Below are positions 40,425 through 52,365 of a DNA stretch of 64,000 bases, piece after piece. The translations under genes were made by a program, and so were the position numbers. The number at the start of each line of letters is the position of its first letter. Position 1 is the first letter of the stretch. Location: the NCBI GenBank assembly GCA_001600815.1, contig BCKZ01000020.1, forward strand, positions 336,831-400,830, given 5' to 3'. The notes below the pieces were generated by a model. That model had not been told where the DNA came from and did no database searches. It saw only the letters and a list, made by a program, of their open reading frames with translations. The stretch comes from Alloascoidea hylecoeti (taxonomy: Eukaryota).

Positions 40425-42915
40425 ATGGTTGAATCAGCTGCCACGGCTTCCGAAACCGCCATCCAGCAGGTGGTGGATATGGGCTTTTCTCGAGAGCAGG
40501 CTATCACAAGTTTGAAGGTATAAACTATCCCTTTTTGTTATTCTGGTCAATCACGATAAACATCTGACAGTATTAATGATATCTTTAGATAGCCAACAAT
40601 GATGTTTCCAGAGCCATTGAGATCATGTTTACCGACGACGTAAGTAAATTCAGATATAAATAATATCAAGATATGTTTTGAAAGGGCTAACATCAAATTC
40701 TTCAGCTGCCATGTAATTATCCTTTTAGTTCAAGTTTCTATTATGTTACGAACATCATTTTTGACCTTACAATTTTATAGCAAACACAATACACATTGAA
40801 GATACTTCTAATCCTCAAAAACCAGACCTACCACCAAGACCTTTTATAGGTCCCAAATCGGCTCCAATGCCAACTGAAAATGTGCCTCAATTTGGTCATT
40901 ATTATCAGTCAGCCCCTAATCCATCTCCTCAACTACATCAAAACTCTCAAGAATCAGGGACTTATTTCGGCCCTCCTAGAATGGAAGATGGGTATAATCC
41001 ATCAGAATGGGATGTTGTCCCACGACAATCATATTCAGTAATTGATGATCCAAGCCGATTTAAACGATCACCCAGAGAAGTTCCGGTAATAATACCATCC
41101 ACCAACGGAGAAGTATTGGCTCCCTTTTTGATGATTCTTCATTCAATACCACAGGCTAGGGATGCTTTACTTTCATTCAGTTTTCAAACTTACGGCTTTC
41201 ATCCTTATTGGTGGAGAGGTAATGAAACTGATTTCATCCAGATCCCAAAACATGTCACTTCTTTAGCAAGAAATTCTCATGAAAAATTAGATGTTAGAAT
41301 GCTATTAGAAGTTCAAAGATTAGTAGCATTTTTAGATGGTGATTCACAACGTGCATTTGCTTCTATTGAATGTTTAATAAATGCTTCTTCAACTTTGCCT
41401 CCTAATATTGCTTCTGATGGTGAAGATAATAGTATTAGTTCTTCTTTAATTTCAACATTTTTATCTATTTTAATTAAATTAAGTGATCAACATAAATTAT
41501 TTTCATCATTATTCGTTACAACTCTTTTCAGTAAATCAATTGGTTATAAAGATATTAATTCTTTTATGATTTATGGTGATATGAGGAAAAAAAATTTATA
41601 TGAAAGTCTTAATACTATGTTTTGGGGTCCAGGTATGGCTCCTGGTGATATGTTCATTAGTAAATTATCTGATGTTTTAATTTTCAATTTTATAAATGAA
41701 AAGGATGATAATGGTGCACTTGGAACCTCATTGGGTGTTGGTGTTGAGATTCCTTCGGTTTTTTATCCACAACGTTATAAAAAAAAATATGTACCTCAAA
41801 TTATAAAAGCATGTGAGAAGAAAGAAGAAATGGATAAAGCGAGAAGAGAAGTGTCAAAAGAGCAATTAAAATTATCAAGTGTTGGAGGTATAGAAACCTC
41901 TCAATTATTACAGATTACAATCGATTTCTTAAATTTTGAGCAGGAAGGTTGGGATATAGATGAAGACGATAACGATAAACCCAAAGATCAACAAATTGAA
42001 GATGCTATTGGTGATTTACGACAATTTCAAAAGGAATTATTACAAAAGAGGAAAGGTTTAAGAGAAAAAATGCAAGAATTCGAACATACTTCAAGAAATG
42101 TTGATTTATTTGATGTTATTAATAATAGTGAACAAAACCCAAAACTCGATGAAATTATTACCGATAACGATCATACCATGGAAAGCTCGGGCGAATTACC
42201 CTCTTCTTTTTCAGATCCCAAACAAGATACAGAAGGAGAATCTACTGAAAAAATTGAAGCTTATATTCTTACGGGTGCTATTCTAAACGATAATATTCTA
42301 TTTGTTAGAAATAAATCACAATGGCTAAAAATTCAATTTGAAATATCGTCAACTGTTGATTTCACAATCCAAGATGTCGATGAACAAAAAGTTAAGGATG
42401 AAGTCCGTGATATTACTGATAAACCGTTAGAGAAAGACGTTAGCCTCATCTATGCTATTGAATCAGCCTATGACTCGGAATATTCTGAAAGAGAACCTCC
42501 AGAGGCTTTACAGAAATTTATTAAGAAAGATTATGTCGTCTTAGAGAAATCACTAATAATTGATGAAGAAAGTGAAAGTGAAGGTATGGATATTGAATCT
42601 GAGCGTGGTGTATATTTTGAAGAACTCGAAGATATAGATTCACTTAGCGTAGAGGATACAACTAGTACCATTCAGCCTATAACTATGCATGATAGTGACG
42701 AAGAAGAAGATTATTTACCGACTTATGCTCCTCTAGATGCTAGCTTGATAAATCAAGATGATAACGAGGTTATTGGAATAGATGGTATGAACCCCAAAAA
42801 GAGTGTTACAAATAGCGATGACAATATTATCATTGAGACTAATGATATTGAGCCTGCTATGAATACGAATCCCTCCACAACTAATGGAAAGAGTAATGAA
42901 AATAATAGAGTTTGA
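40425..42915 (+). CDS. RUP1: UBA-domain Rsp5/Ubp2 cofactor Rup1; exons 40425-40517, 40589-40639, 40706-40712, 40781-42915
   Basis: Spliced UBA domain AIQQVVDMGFSREQAITSLK|IANNDVSRAIE; body LAPFLMILHSIPQAR..WWRG..LLEVQRLVAFLDGDSQRAFAS; DLPPRP. Confidence 0.78.
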
Positions 42916-43202
42916 AAGATCGTGCAAAAATAAATGAGGTTACAGAGATAGATGCGATATATATTTATAATTGGGATGATTGTAGAGAGAAGTTTATACT
43001 ATCTAGATTGGTATATGGAACTTGTCATGAAGTTATCTCAAAAACTCATTAAAAAGTATATGTGTAGAGCTAAAAACTAGCGGTTATCCATCTATTTATA
43101 AGTATATTGAGAAAATGACAGGTACGATTCTAGCTTCTTCAACTCTAGGGACTACATGAACTAAAATACAATGATGCTATATTATACTAAAGACGCTTTG
43201 AT

Positions 43203-44657
43203 TTATTCTAGTAAATCTGATGAAGCTATGCTTTCAGCACTATCGTTGATTTCTGATATGTCTGGTAGCCCTGTACCATCGTAACTTTCGGGCGGTTGGG
43301 GAAGAGAAGATGATGGAAGTGATTGGACCGCAGCTGATGCTTTACTTGCATGCACATCAGTCGATGATTTCACTGGTGTTGAAGTTGAAATGCCTAATTT
43401 TGGTAAATCGTCAATACCACTAGGAAGAAATTTAGCCATTTCTGGTTCATATTCGGCAACTTCTTTATCTGTAAGTTTATCAGCTTCCGAATCAAGTTTC
43501 GACTGTTTTATTGTAGTGTCACCTTCCGTTGTGTCATATCCATCGTGATCCGTTTTCCTTTTCAAACCACTTATTTTCTCAATGGTATCGCTGTTGGATT
43601 GTAACTGACTTGAACTGATCTGTGATTTTTGATCATATGAAGTAACTTGGCTGGATTTTAATGGACTTGATGATAATGTTATTATGATATCAGAATTTAA
43701 TTGTGAATCTGTATAATCTTCAACTAAATCGAAGATACCATTTGAAGTAACCTTAAATGGAATATTTATACCACCCGAGAAAGCCCGAGTTGGAGAGTTA
43801 GACCCAAAAGGAGGTTGGGAATTTGTTTGTGCGTTTGATGAAGAGGAAGGTCTGATGTTATTATTACTCCTGACAATAGCATAATATGCCTTATATGAGG
43901 TACTGTTATCATTATCAGTGGCCCAATCATAATAAGTTGTAATTCGTGATGATAAATAAGATGTCCAAGGACCAAATTCACCTATTCCTGGAATCATTTG
44001 TAATTGAAAATTTGATCCAGACTTATTTCTATTACCATTATTATTACTGTTTATTTTCATTGTTGTTAGTGAACCAACAAGTATAACAGAACAACTGAAA
44101 TTTAAGGTATAATTTGTTAAAAGAATCATCAAATCTTGTAATAATTGGTTCTTCTTTGCTCTGTATCCATAATGTATTACTTTCTTCCCATTGTGCGTCT
44201 TGGTAGTTGATGCCCTCTCCGATATTCCGGATAAAGCCAAATTAATCAGTTGAGCTATATCATCAATGACAATGAGATCGTATCTCTTGGTATCTGAATC
44301 TTTCATTAAATTCATTATGTATACAATTAATTGACATATATTGGGTGTATGCAAATGTTTTATCAGCTCTAAAAACTTCAGATCAAATGCTTCATACTCT
44401 GAAAGTCGTGATATAGGAAATAACTGATTTGAATCACATATTAAAACATTATGATTTTGAGATAGAGCACTAAAGACATAACTTTGAACAATTTCTTTAT
44501 AACCACTGCCAGGAACACCTGAAATTTCATATATTCGTGATTTTTTAATACCACCTCTGATACTATGATCTATTTTACGCGACCCTGATTTTAAAGGTTG
44601 TTGTGAAGCAATAGACTTATAAAGAGTTGAAAGGGTTAGCGATGTGGCATCTGTCAT
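43203..44657 (-). CDS. RAD55: Rad51 paralog, Rad55-like
   Basis: LKSGSRKIDHSIRGGIKKSRIYEISGVPGSG (RecA fold with altered Walker A) and LIVIDDI (Walker B), followed by an S/Q-rich tail. Confidence 0.72.
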   Translation of the reverse strand: MTDATSLTLSTLYKSIASQQPLKSGSRKIDHSIRGGIKKSRIYEISGVPGSGYKEIVQSYVFSALSQNHNVLICDSNQLFPISRLSEYEAFDLKFLELIKHLHTPNICQLIVYIMNLMKDSDTKRYDLIVIDDIAQLINLALSGISERASTTKTHNGKKVIHYGYRAKKNQLLQDLMILLTNYTLNFSCSVILVGSLTTMKINSNNNGNRNKSGSNFQLQMIPGIGEFGPWTSYLSSRITTYYDWATDNDNSTSYKAYYAIVRSNNNIRPSSSSNAQTNSQPPFGSNSPTRAFSGGINIPFKVTSNGIFDLVEDYTDSQLNSDIIITLSSSPLKSSQVTSYDQKSQISSSQLQSNSDTIEKISGLKRKTDHDGYDTTEGDTTIKQSKLDSEADKLTDKEVAEYEPEMAKFLPSGIDDLPKLGISTSTPVKSSTDVHASKASAAVQSLPSSSLPQPPESYDGTGLPDISEINDSAESIASSDLLE

Positions 44658-44964
44658 GAGAATTATAATGAAATTTAAATGATTTTCTTTATTATCGCGT
44701 TAATCTGACCACACACACGCTAAAAAAAGGTGTTTGGATGTGTAAGTCATCACTGTTCAAAAATCCACGATTTTCACTTAAACCCTAATAGTTATAAGAT
44801 TTTGTTAGGTAAAGCTTTCCTTTTGTTTTATTCTTATTTTTTAGTGAATTATAAAGTGTATTAATTTCATCCCATACAGAACCATTTTTGCTTATAACTG
44901 CTAACCTAATTCACAGTTGTGATATACCGTCAACATGTGTGCATTGGGTTGTACAGACAGAACC

Positions 44965-45413
44965 TCAAGATTCCGACACACATTTACTTTTGTTATCTCC
45001 AGATAATTTTGTGTAATTAGTGCCTTTCCCTTCTTAGAATTAGAATGGTTTTTAGAGGATCTTTGAGCACTATGGTGGGATTATAAGCTAATAAAGTTTC
45101 TTGTATTAGTCTAAGTGCATAAATCAACATCGTATTTACTCAACCACGCTTCATAAGCTTCTTTTACAAATGTATTTACATAATTCAAGTAACTCCTCAT
45201 ATAAAAGAATTTTTCCATAATCTTTTTGGTAACTTCTACCTTTATTTTGCCTACCCAAACCTGTCTGAACTTTGACATCGACAAGATCTTCTGGGGATTA
45301 AAAGGATGAATTCTAGTTGCTGCCAAGCCCGATCAAATATTTTAGGATTCATGGCCTCAGCGCTTCCCTTCTGGTATATTTTAATAAAATCTTTTTTTGA
45401 GGCCGGTAGTTGG
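44965..45413 (-). mobile_element. pogo/Fot1 transposase C-terminal relic (left arm of inverted repeat)
   Basis: SKKDFIKIYQKGSAEAMNPK/NI*SGLAATRIHPFNPQKIL resembles the Fot1-type K.DF...Y...R..A....NI.SGF.ATGI.PFNP..VL motif. Confidence 0.72.
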
Positions 45414-45480
45414 GAGATATATTATTAGCTTTTCGTCGTAGATTTCATCCTCCGCTTTTCTAGTTCACGGTACATCCGAT

Positions 45481-45974
45481 CCAACCACCGCTTTCAAAAA
45501 GAGATTTCATTACAATATACCAGAAGTAAAGCGCTAAGGATATAGCCCCTAAAAATATTCTTTCAGCTTTTAAAACGACTGGAATTTAAATTTTTAACCC
45601 TCGAACGATCTTCTCAAAATTAGGAGAGGTTTGGGTGGGCGAAAACGAATAGATGTCAAGGAAAATGCATTTTATATGAAGATTTACTTGCATGATTGAA
45701 AAATCTGGTAACTTTTTTCGAGAAGCTTACAAAGCGTGGTTAGCAAAGTTAAAAACACATCAGATGGCCGATGATGATCGACGATGATCGATGATGATCA
45801 TTTGAACTAGCATCTTTGAGGGTGTAGTGAGATTTATTATCTCAACTCCCTACCACAGTGCCCAAATATCCATTAAGTACTATACATCAATACATCAAGG
45901 AATTCAGATATCTAGGAGAGAGAAACACATACTTTTCTGGAGATAGCAAAGAGATATGTGCGTCGGAATATTGG
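45481..45974 (+). mobile_element. pogo/Fot1 transposase C-terminal relic (right arm of inverted repeat)
   Basis: SKRDFITIYQK*SAKDIAPKNILSAFKTTGI*IFNPRTIF..VWVG..EAYKAWLAK. Homologous to the reverse complement of 44965-45413. Confidence 0.72.
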
Positions 45975-46387
45975 AACAAGTGAGCCCAGTAGGCTAAATC
46001 GTAGAAGAACACACACACCAAAACAAAAATTACCAAAAATAATATCGGACAAGTATTATCAAAATCATCCAATTAATTAGATTTTAATACTAATTTATAT
46101 TTGTTGCTGGCTTTGAAATTCATGGATGCAAATCTAACAATTTTATGTGTTCAAATTATGCTTGCAATTGTATCATTTTTAACTTTAACTTTCTATTCTC
46201 CCATTAACGAAGGATTTTGATTACCGAAATTGATCGGAGATTTGTCATAAGTTGCTCAATAATAACGAGCAGGGTTGGCATTAAAATCTACTATTTATAT
46301 TCTAACTATTATATATTTAGATATACGTATATACCAATTGTAAGATATTACATTTGAATCGATCATAATTGTATCAACATGCACATG

Positions 46388-48223
46388 CTATGTTTCTGGA
46401 TCATTATCAATTTCATAACCTGAATCAATGAAAACTCTCCTAACATAATCATCCCATAATTGTAAAAGTTTTTTATCCTTTTTAGTGTTTTTACCCTTTT
46501 TCTTTTTCCCTTCAATTTCATAAGATTCTATTTCTTGCAATTGTTGTTTGATTGGCTTACCAAGTTTACGACCCAATTTTAAATATTGACTAACAGTTAA
46601 ATCTTTCAACCCATAAGCTTTATCACTTTCATATTCTAAATCATATCGAAAATCAAATTCACCATTATTTATTGCTGTCAAATTTGCAAAATATTGGAAA
46701 TATTTTAAAGGAGTAAATAATTGAGGAATATAGGCAGGCCCCAATTCAACAGAACCAATTGAAGTTCTAGGGTCAATTAAATTTGGAGGAATAGATTTAT
46801 CTTTCTTTGGTGTCTTGGAAGTTCTATAACCCCATGAATCATATTCCTGTGATTCTTCAAATTCTTTATTGTTTTCATATTCTTGCATTTTATAAAATTC
46901 ATCAAAAACTTCATTCCAAGGTTTGAATTGTTTCTTTTCAAGAATTTCTTCTTCTTCATTATCAACATTAAGATCAGTTATATTATATTCATAAACTCTT
47001 AAAGCTGGATAATAATTAGGAATAACACTTCCATGAATATTTGTAATTCCATATCTTGAACCAAATGGGAATGAATTTTTTTCAGATTTCAGTTTTGAAT
47101 AAACAGCTTCCCTTACTTCATTCATATATCCAACTTTATTACCTTTTATCCGAACAATTTGATCGTCTGGATCAATGCCCATAACTCTTAATTCCTCTTC
47201 ATAAGTTTCCGCCCCACTCACATCATCAACGTTAACCATGAAAGAATCCTCTGTATCCTGTACATGGTTATAAGCTATTACAGCATCGTTTGGAACAAAA
47301 TGATCCATATTCATATGTCCATATAATCCACCTATTACGACATCTCTAAATTCGTGTACCCAAAGCGTATATCTACTCAAACAACCTGGATCATAATTTT
47401 TCAGTACTGGCGGAACATGTCCACTAAGATAGCATTTCATTCCCCTTTCTCTGAATTCTTTTAAAACAACGCCTAACCATGCGAACATTTGATAGCCTGG
47501 CTCTTCTCTATCATTACAAAAGTCAACCAATGGGTTAGATCTATAAAGATACATTGTATTAAGGGAAACAACCGCCAATTTATTAGGGATGACTTCCACA
47601 AAATAGTATGCACCTTTATCAAAAATATGATATTGTTCATTGGGAATAAAATATCTCCATATTCTGTTTAATTCCCTGGTTTGTAAAGTTGGCCCAGGGC
47701 TAAATAAATTATGTGGATAAACGTCATTATTACCCAAACTTGGAATAATTGGAATTGATAATTTATTCTTGTTTATATCACTTGGTAAACCAAAAGTTTC
47801 AACGAAAAGATTTGCAACAACTTCATTCATTTCAAATATTTGTTGTTCACTTCTTGGTAAATTCCTATCATTATCATGTCTCATATTATCCCCTGTCCAA
47901 ACGATAAAATCAATTTTATCTTTTAAGTTCTCTAAAATCCAGTCAAACGTACTATTAATTAAGCTTATCGGAGAATCACAAGAAGACAATGGCAGTCCAT
48001 ATTTACCCGAATTCCCTTTTCCAGAATGACAAGCTCTGTCTTCATCAGCACCTTCCTTATAATGGACATCCGGATGAATATCCGTAATCAATAAAAATCT
48101 TCCATGAATTTCTCTCTTTCTAGTGGAATCTGGAGAAGCTGAAATTTCGGCATTAACAGCAATTATTGAGACAATCAAAAAGAAAAAATAGCTAGTTATA
48201 TAGCTAATGTTTCGAAGGTACAT
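46388..48223 (-). CDS. PPN1: Vacuolar endopolyphosphatase Ppn1
   Basis: N-terminal TM; HGRFLLITDIHPD, CDSP, WTGDNMRHDND, GNNDVYPHN, GHVPP, GHMNMDHF and SVIPNYYPALRVYEYN. Confidence 0.94.
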   Translation of the reverse strand: MYLRNISYITSYFFFLIVSIIAVNAEISASPDSTRKREIHGRFLLITDIHPDVHYKEGADEDRACHSGKGNSGKYGLPLSSCDSPISLINSTFDWILENLKDKIDFIVWTGDNMRHDNDRNLPRSEQQIFEMNEVVANLFVETFGLPSDINKNKLSIPIIPSLGNNDVYPHNLFSPGPTLQTRELNRIWRYFIPNEQYHIFDKGAYYFVEVIPNKLAVVSLNTMYLYRSNPLVDFCNDREEPGYQMFAWLGVVLKEFRERGMKCYLSGHVPPVLKNYDPGCLSRYTLWVHEFRDVVIGGLYGHMNMDHFVPNDAVIAYNHVQDTEDSFMVNVDDVSGAETYEEELRVMGIDPDDQIVRIKGNKVGYMNEVREAVYSKLKSEKNSFPFGSRYGITNIHGSVIPNYYPALRVYEYNITDLNVDNEEEEILEKKQFKPWNEVFDEFYKMQEYENNKEFEESQEYDSWGYRTSKTPKKDKSIPPNLIDPRTSIGSVELGPAYIPQLFTPLKYFQYFANLTAINNGEFDFRYDLEYESDKAYGLKDLTVSQYLKLGRKLGKPIKQQLQEIESYEIEGKKKKGKNTKKDKKLLQLWDDYVRRVFIDSGYEIDNDPET

Positions 48224-48348
48224 TTATTTTAATATTAATGAAGTCTACTAGCTTCTTAATTTTTTAGTAGAGATATTTCCCGAAAAATGAATGTTGAATT
48301 GAGAAGAGCGATGGGACGGGGATTGTTCAAAAATGAATGAATAGCATC

Positions 48349-48358
48349 ATCACGTGAT
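48349..48358. promoter_or_regulatory. E-box ATCACGTGAT (bHLH Cbf1/Pho4-type site) upstream of PPN1
   Basis: Palindromic CACGTG about 128 bp upstream of the PPN1 ATG. PPN1 is PHO-regulated in S. cerevisiae, but T/A flanks favour Cbf1. Confidence 0.4.
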
Positions 48359-50610
48359 CGTAAAACACCATGGCCAAGCATAAAAACTTATTTTGTAGAA
48401 TTTTATGTATATAAATTTAGAAACCTTTGCACATTGTTTGGATGATCACGATGGGAGATCAAATTGTATCTTAAATTTTTATTGAATTATATAATTAAAA
48501 ACGTCGTTTTATTTTTATACCAAGCTGTTTATATCTCGGTCAATCACATAACAAGCTTATCGGAATTAAAAATTTTCAGATAGTAAACAGCCAAGAGCAC
48601 AATTTTTAGATATTCGTATAATAAGTATTAATAACCGAAAGTTATCCGATCTTTTAATTGTATATATGCTTTGCAAATCAATTACAACACATGTTTTTAT
48701 GATGTATAGTTATAAATATACACATATACCTCCAAGCGTGAATTAAACTATTCAAATTGGTGTATACATGAGAAGCACCAAAGAATTTTAAATTTGCTTC
48801 ACTGATATAATTTACATACGTATTAATGAATAGAATAAATATAGCTATGAATTCAATCGCGAGTAATTAATCTTATTATTTCAGTTGTTGTTATCGAGTT
48901 CAAATGCAAGAGTAATAAATAATAGTCAATGCAAAGTATTTGAGGATAAATTTAAATTCTTCAGTATTTTCTAATTATAACCTTATAAAATTATAATGAT
49001 TAATTGCAATATTTCTAACTATAAGCCTATCTATTTTGTATATGGCTGGCGTACAAACCTGTTTAGTTATCCAGGTTTAATACATAATATATAATCTTAT
49101 TCTTTTTCTTTTTCTTATTATATATTGTTGTATGGTTTACTAAAACTTGAAAAATTAATTACGTGTGAACACGCGTATACGTATTTCTTGAATATCCAGA
49201 TCTTTAAATTGATATAAGATAGAAATCTTTAAATTTCAAATACCATTTGTATTAGCGGGGGACTAGCAAATAATTTATAAAAAGCTTAAGAGACATTACT
49301 ATAAATAAAGCTAGCTAAGTCTTGATGCAAAAGGGGTCGGATTATAGATACTCCTGCAGGCTGCAACTGTAAGTTGTATAGTTTATGTTTAAATTTGGCT
49401 AATAAGCTTATATTTTATATAGCATTTTCTCCAATAAGCCAGTAGTTAACAGGCTAAGTTGCTATATATCAATTTGAAAGCACCCGGAACGTGCGTGGTG
49501 CTAAAATGAAAACATGACTACAATAACACCAAATATGATTCTATGTGCACGTACGGTTATATCATAAATAAATTGTCTGCATATACTGTAACTTGATAGG
49601 CCAATTATCAACAATTGTCAACTTGTTTTGATCTACTTAAAGTAATTTGCATAAGAGTTACCAGGATTAGATTTTAAATAGGTTTATCTCCTGACAAAAA
49701 GGGGCTAAAGGTAAGCAGATGTTCCTGTCCGGACATAAATTGAGTGCATGTAACTCCTGATGCGTTTATTTACACTCTATAATTATTTACATATTAAATT
49801 AATGCATATAGTAATTAACCTGAAGAAGGTATGCTATCATGCATAATAACAAAATCAAAGAAGATGAATTAACGAATCAATTAATTATTAATTTATTTAG
49901 ATATTTAATATTTTGTTAATTTTCCTTGAATAATTTAATATCGTAGAAGGTTTCATGAACCCAATTTGAGACTTCAGGTACAAGTAAAGGCAATCAGATT
50001 TCCTTTTCCAAACATAAAACTGCAAAAAGGGCCCCGAAATGATCATAGCATTTGCAACAATATTGCAATTGCTCATGACTGTAAAACCAGAGGCTCATTG
50101 GATTGGATTCGCTCGTGATACCATGCAATGGTATTATAATACACATATCTGAAATCTGGTAGGCCCAGGATGTCCCACTAGTTTTAAGATCAATAGAATT
50201 TTGCAGTTGCGACAAGAAAATGTTGTGGTGTCGCAGAACACCCGTACACCTCGCAAAGGGCGTTCGTTTTCAGCGTGTCCACATGCACACTGTTTCATTT
50301 GGAAGCTTATTTACCTGACTTGTATGCTGCAGAGTCGTATTGGGAAACCTAATTGTTATTATTATAATTTAAACCGTGTCCCTTCGGATCTTCTTTAATC
50401 AAAGCGTGTTTATCCTGTTAAATATATATTATCCATCTTCTTTCTCTTTTTTTCCCTTCTTCTTCTGTCCTTCAGATACTTCTCAATTTATAAAAGTTCA
50501 CACTCCTTTTGATCTATCATTATTTCTTCACTTCTTGTCTATACTCCCTCACTCAATATTCACTCTTTTAAAAATTATTTTTTTCATAAAGCTAAAGTCC
50601 CCATCTGCGC

Positions 50611-52365
50611 ATGTCTGTAGTTCATTCTTTCGATATTTATTCAAAAATGGGACAGAATCAACAAATCCATTCTTTTACTCAGGTCCAATCTTTACCTCCA
50701 CTCTCTTCAATTATACATAATAATAATAATAGTAATGCATTAACTGAAACAGCTTCTTCTCCAAGGTATGCAACAACAACATTTAAAAAATCTCCGAGGT
50801 CCACTACTATTAAAAGACCCCGAGAAGAAAAATCTTATGCTTTTATATCTCATTCAATCTCTACTTTCCCTTCAAATGAACCAGAAATTGATAATACTCA
50901 GTTAGCAAGAAAAAAAAGAAGACGCACCGGTCCTGCCGAATTGTCAATCTTACAACAAGAATTCAAGATTTGCAGAAATCCTTCAAAGCAAAAAAGACAA
51001 GAAATTGGGGTCAAGATAAATATGACTGAAAAGGCAATTCAAATCTGGTTTCAAAATAAAAGACAAAATGAAAGAAAATTGTCACAGCAGCGAAATAAAA
51101 AAAAAATTCATGAAGTTCACACACATAATTTTGCTGATTCGAACTCTGAACCCAATGGTGCCTTAAATGATACTCGTTATAAAAGTTCAACGCCACCTTC
51201 AAATGAAAATGAATCAATTACACCAGCCACCCCATCTATTGTATCTTCTCCTGTTGGATATGATTTGAAACCTTCTTGTTCGTTATCTCCCAATTCTTCT
51301 GTATCATTGTGCAATACATCTACTACAGTTGATACTAGCCCTAATAAATGCAGCAATACCGTTAGTACTTCTAAAAATTCCAATGAATCATATGTTACAC
51401 CAATCAAAGGATATATATCATATACTGGTCCTAAAAGTGCCTCTGAATCCGGGAAATCCCTTGAGTATGGTGCCGGTAACACTCTTACATTTAGATTGAC
51501 ACCAAAGAATAAGAATAGTAGTGATATGAAATTGATGCCCGTTAATTCACATTATAAAATGAGACAAAAACCTGTTATGAAAGTAAGGGATTTTAGAAAT
51601 AAATCTCTTCCACTACCAGATTCAAAACCATCATCATCATCTGAAGTTATCCCACTGTTAACACCCTATAAACCTAAATTCCCCAAAACTCTAAATCAAA
51701 CTGCTAGTACTCCTCTACTCCCAACAATTTCAACTTTAAATCTTATTTTTCCTGTGAGTCAAAAAAGGCCGTCTTTTACCTCACCTTCTAGGCATTGTTC
51801 TACTACATTCCCGTTAATGTCAACTCCAACACCTATAAACCGAATTTCAAACCTAATGAATATTGAATATATTCAAAAGGAACAAAAATTCAATATTCCA
51901 AAGTTTGTACTACCTGAATTGAGCACTTCTTCACGTCCTCAGATGGGCTCCTTCAAAGTTCCAAGTTTTGAAATTCGTAAGGAAAATGAATACGAAATTT
52001 TGAGTCCTATTAGTGAGCCTGGTACTGTTGCATGTAATAAGAGTGCTCTATCAAGCCCAGATGAGTTATCAAGACCTTTATCAGAACCTTGTTTATCACC
52101 TGCTACAACTTTATCTTCTATAATTGATCATAATAATGGCCATAATGATAAGGAAAATAAAGGTTTGTTAAAAGTACATTATCCAAAAATGGATATTTCG
52201 GAACTTCTTTCATCTCCTATAAACACTACTCCCGTAAAAAGGATAGCGTTAAGTCCTGTTAACTATAATGGTCCTAATGGAGAAAACAACATTAAAAAGA
52301 GGAAAACTGTGGATATTGAATGTGTTGAGAATCTTTTAGCTTTACAATTAACTGGTTCTCAATGA
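50611..52365 (+). CDS. YOX1: Homeodomain repressor Yox1/Yhp1 (true start may be 50647)
   Basis: [51 protein letters not shown]-terminal ECVENLLAL. Confidence 0.88.
   Translation: MSVVHSFDIYSKMGQNQQIHSFTQVQSLPPLSSIIHNNNNSNALTETASSPRYATTTFKKSPRSTTIKRPREEKSYAFISHSISTFPSNEPEIDNTQLARKKRRRTGPAELSILQQEFKICRNPSKQKRQEIGVKINMTEKAIQIWFQNKRQNERKLSQQRNKKKIHEVHTHNFADSNSEPNGALNDTRYKSSTPPSNENESITPATPSIVSSPVGYDLKPSCSLSPNSSVSLCNTSTTVDTSPNKCSNTVSTSKNSNESYVTPIKGYISYTGPKSASESGKSLEYGAGNTLTFRLTPKNKNSSDMKLMPVNSHYKMRQKPVMKVRDFRNKSLPLPDSKPSSSSEVIPLLTPYKPKFPKTLNQTASTPLLPTISTLNLIFPVSQKRPSFTSPSRHCSTTFPLMSTPTPINRISNLMNIEYIQKEQKFNIPKFVLPELSTSSRPQMGSFKVPSFEIRKENEYEILSPISEPGTVACNKSALSSPDELSRPLSEPCLSPATTLSSIIDHNNGHNDKENKGLLKVHYPKMDISELLSSPINTTPVKRIALSPVNYNGPNGENNIKKRKTVDIECVENLLALQLTGSQ

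Noticed and set aside
36258..44657. DNA-repair gene cluster (MRE11 plus RAD55)
   Set aside because: Separated by unrelated genes with no shared motif seen; compatible with chance.
48277..48645. Point centromere (CDEI-like ATCACGTG, AT-rich DNA, CCGAA)
   Set aside because: Spacing and orientation of the CCGAA motifs do not fit CDEI-II-III, and point centromeres are not expected in an intron-rich lineage. An E-box is the simpler explanation.
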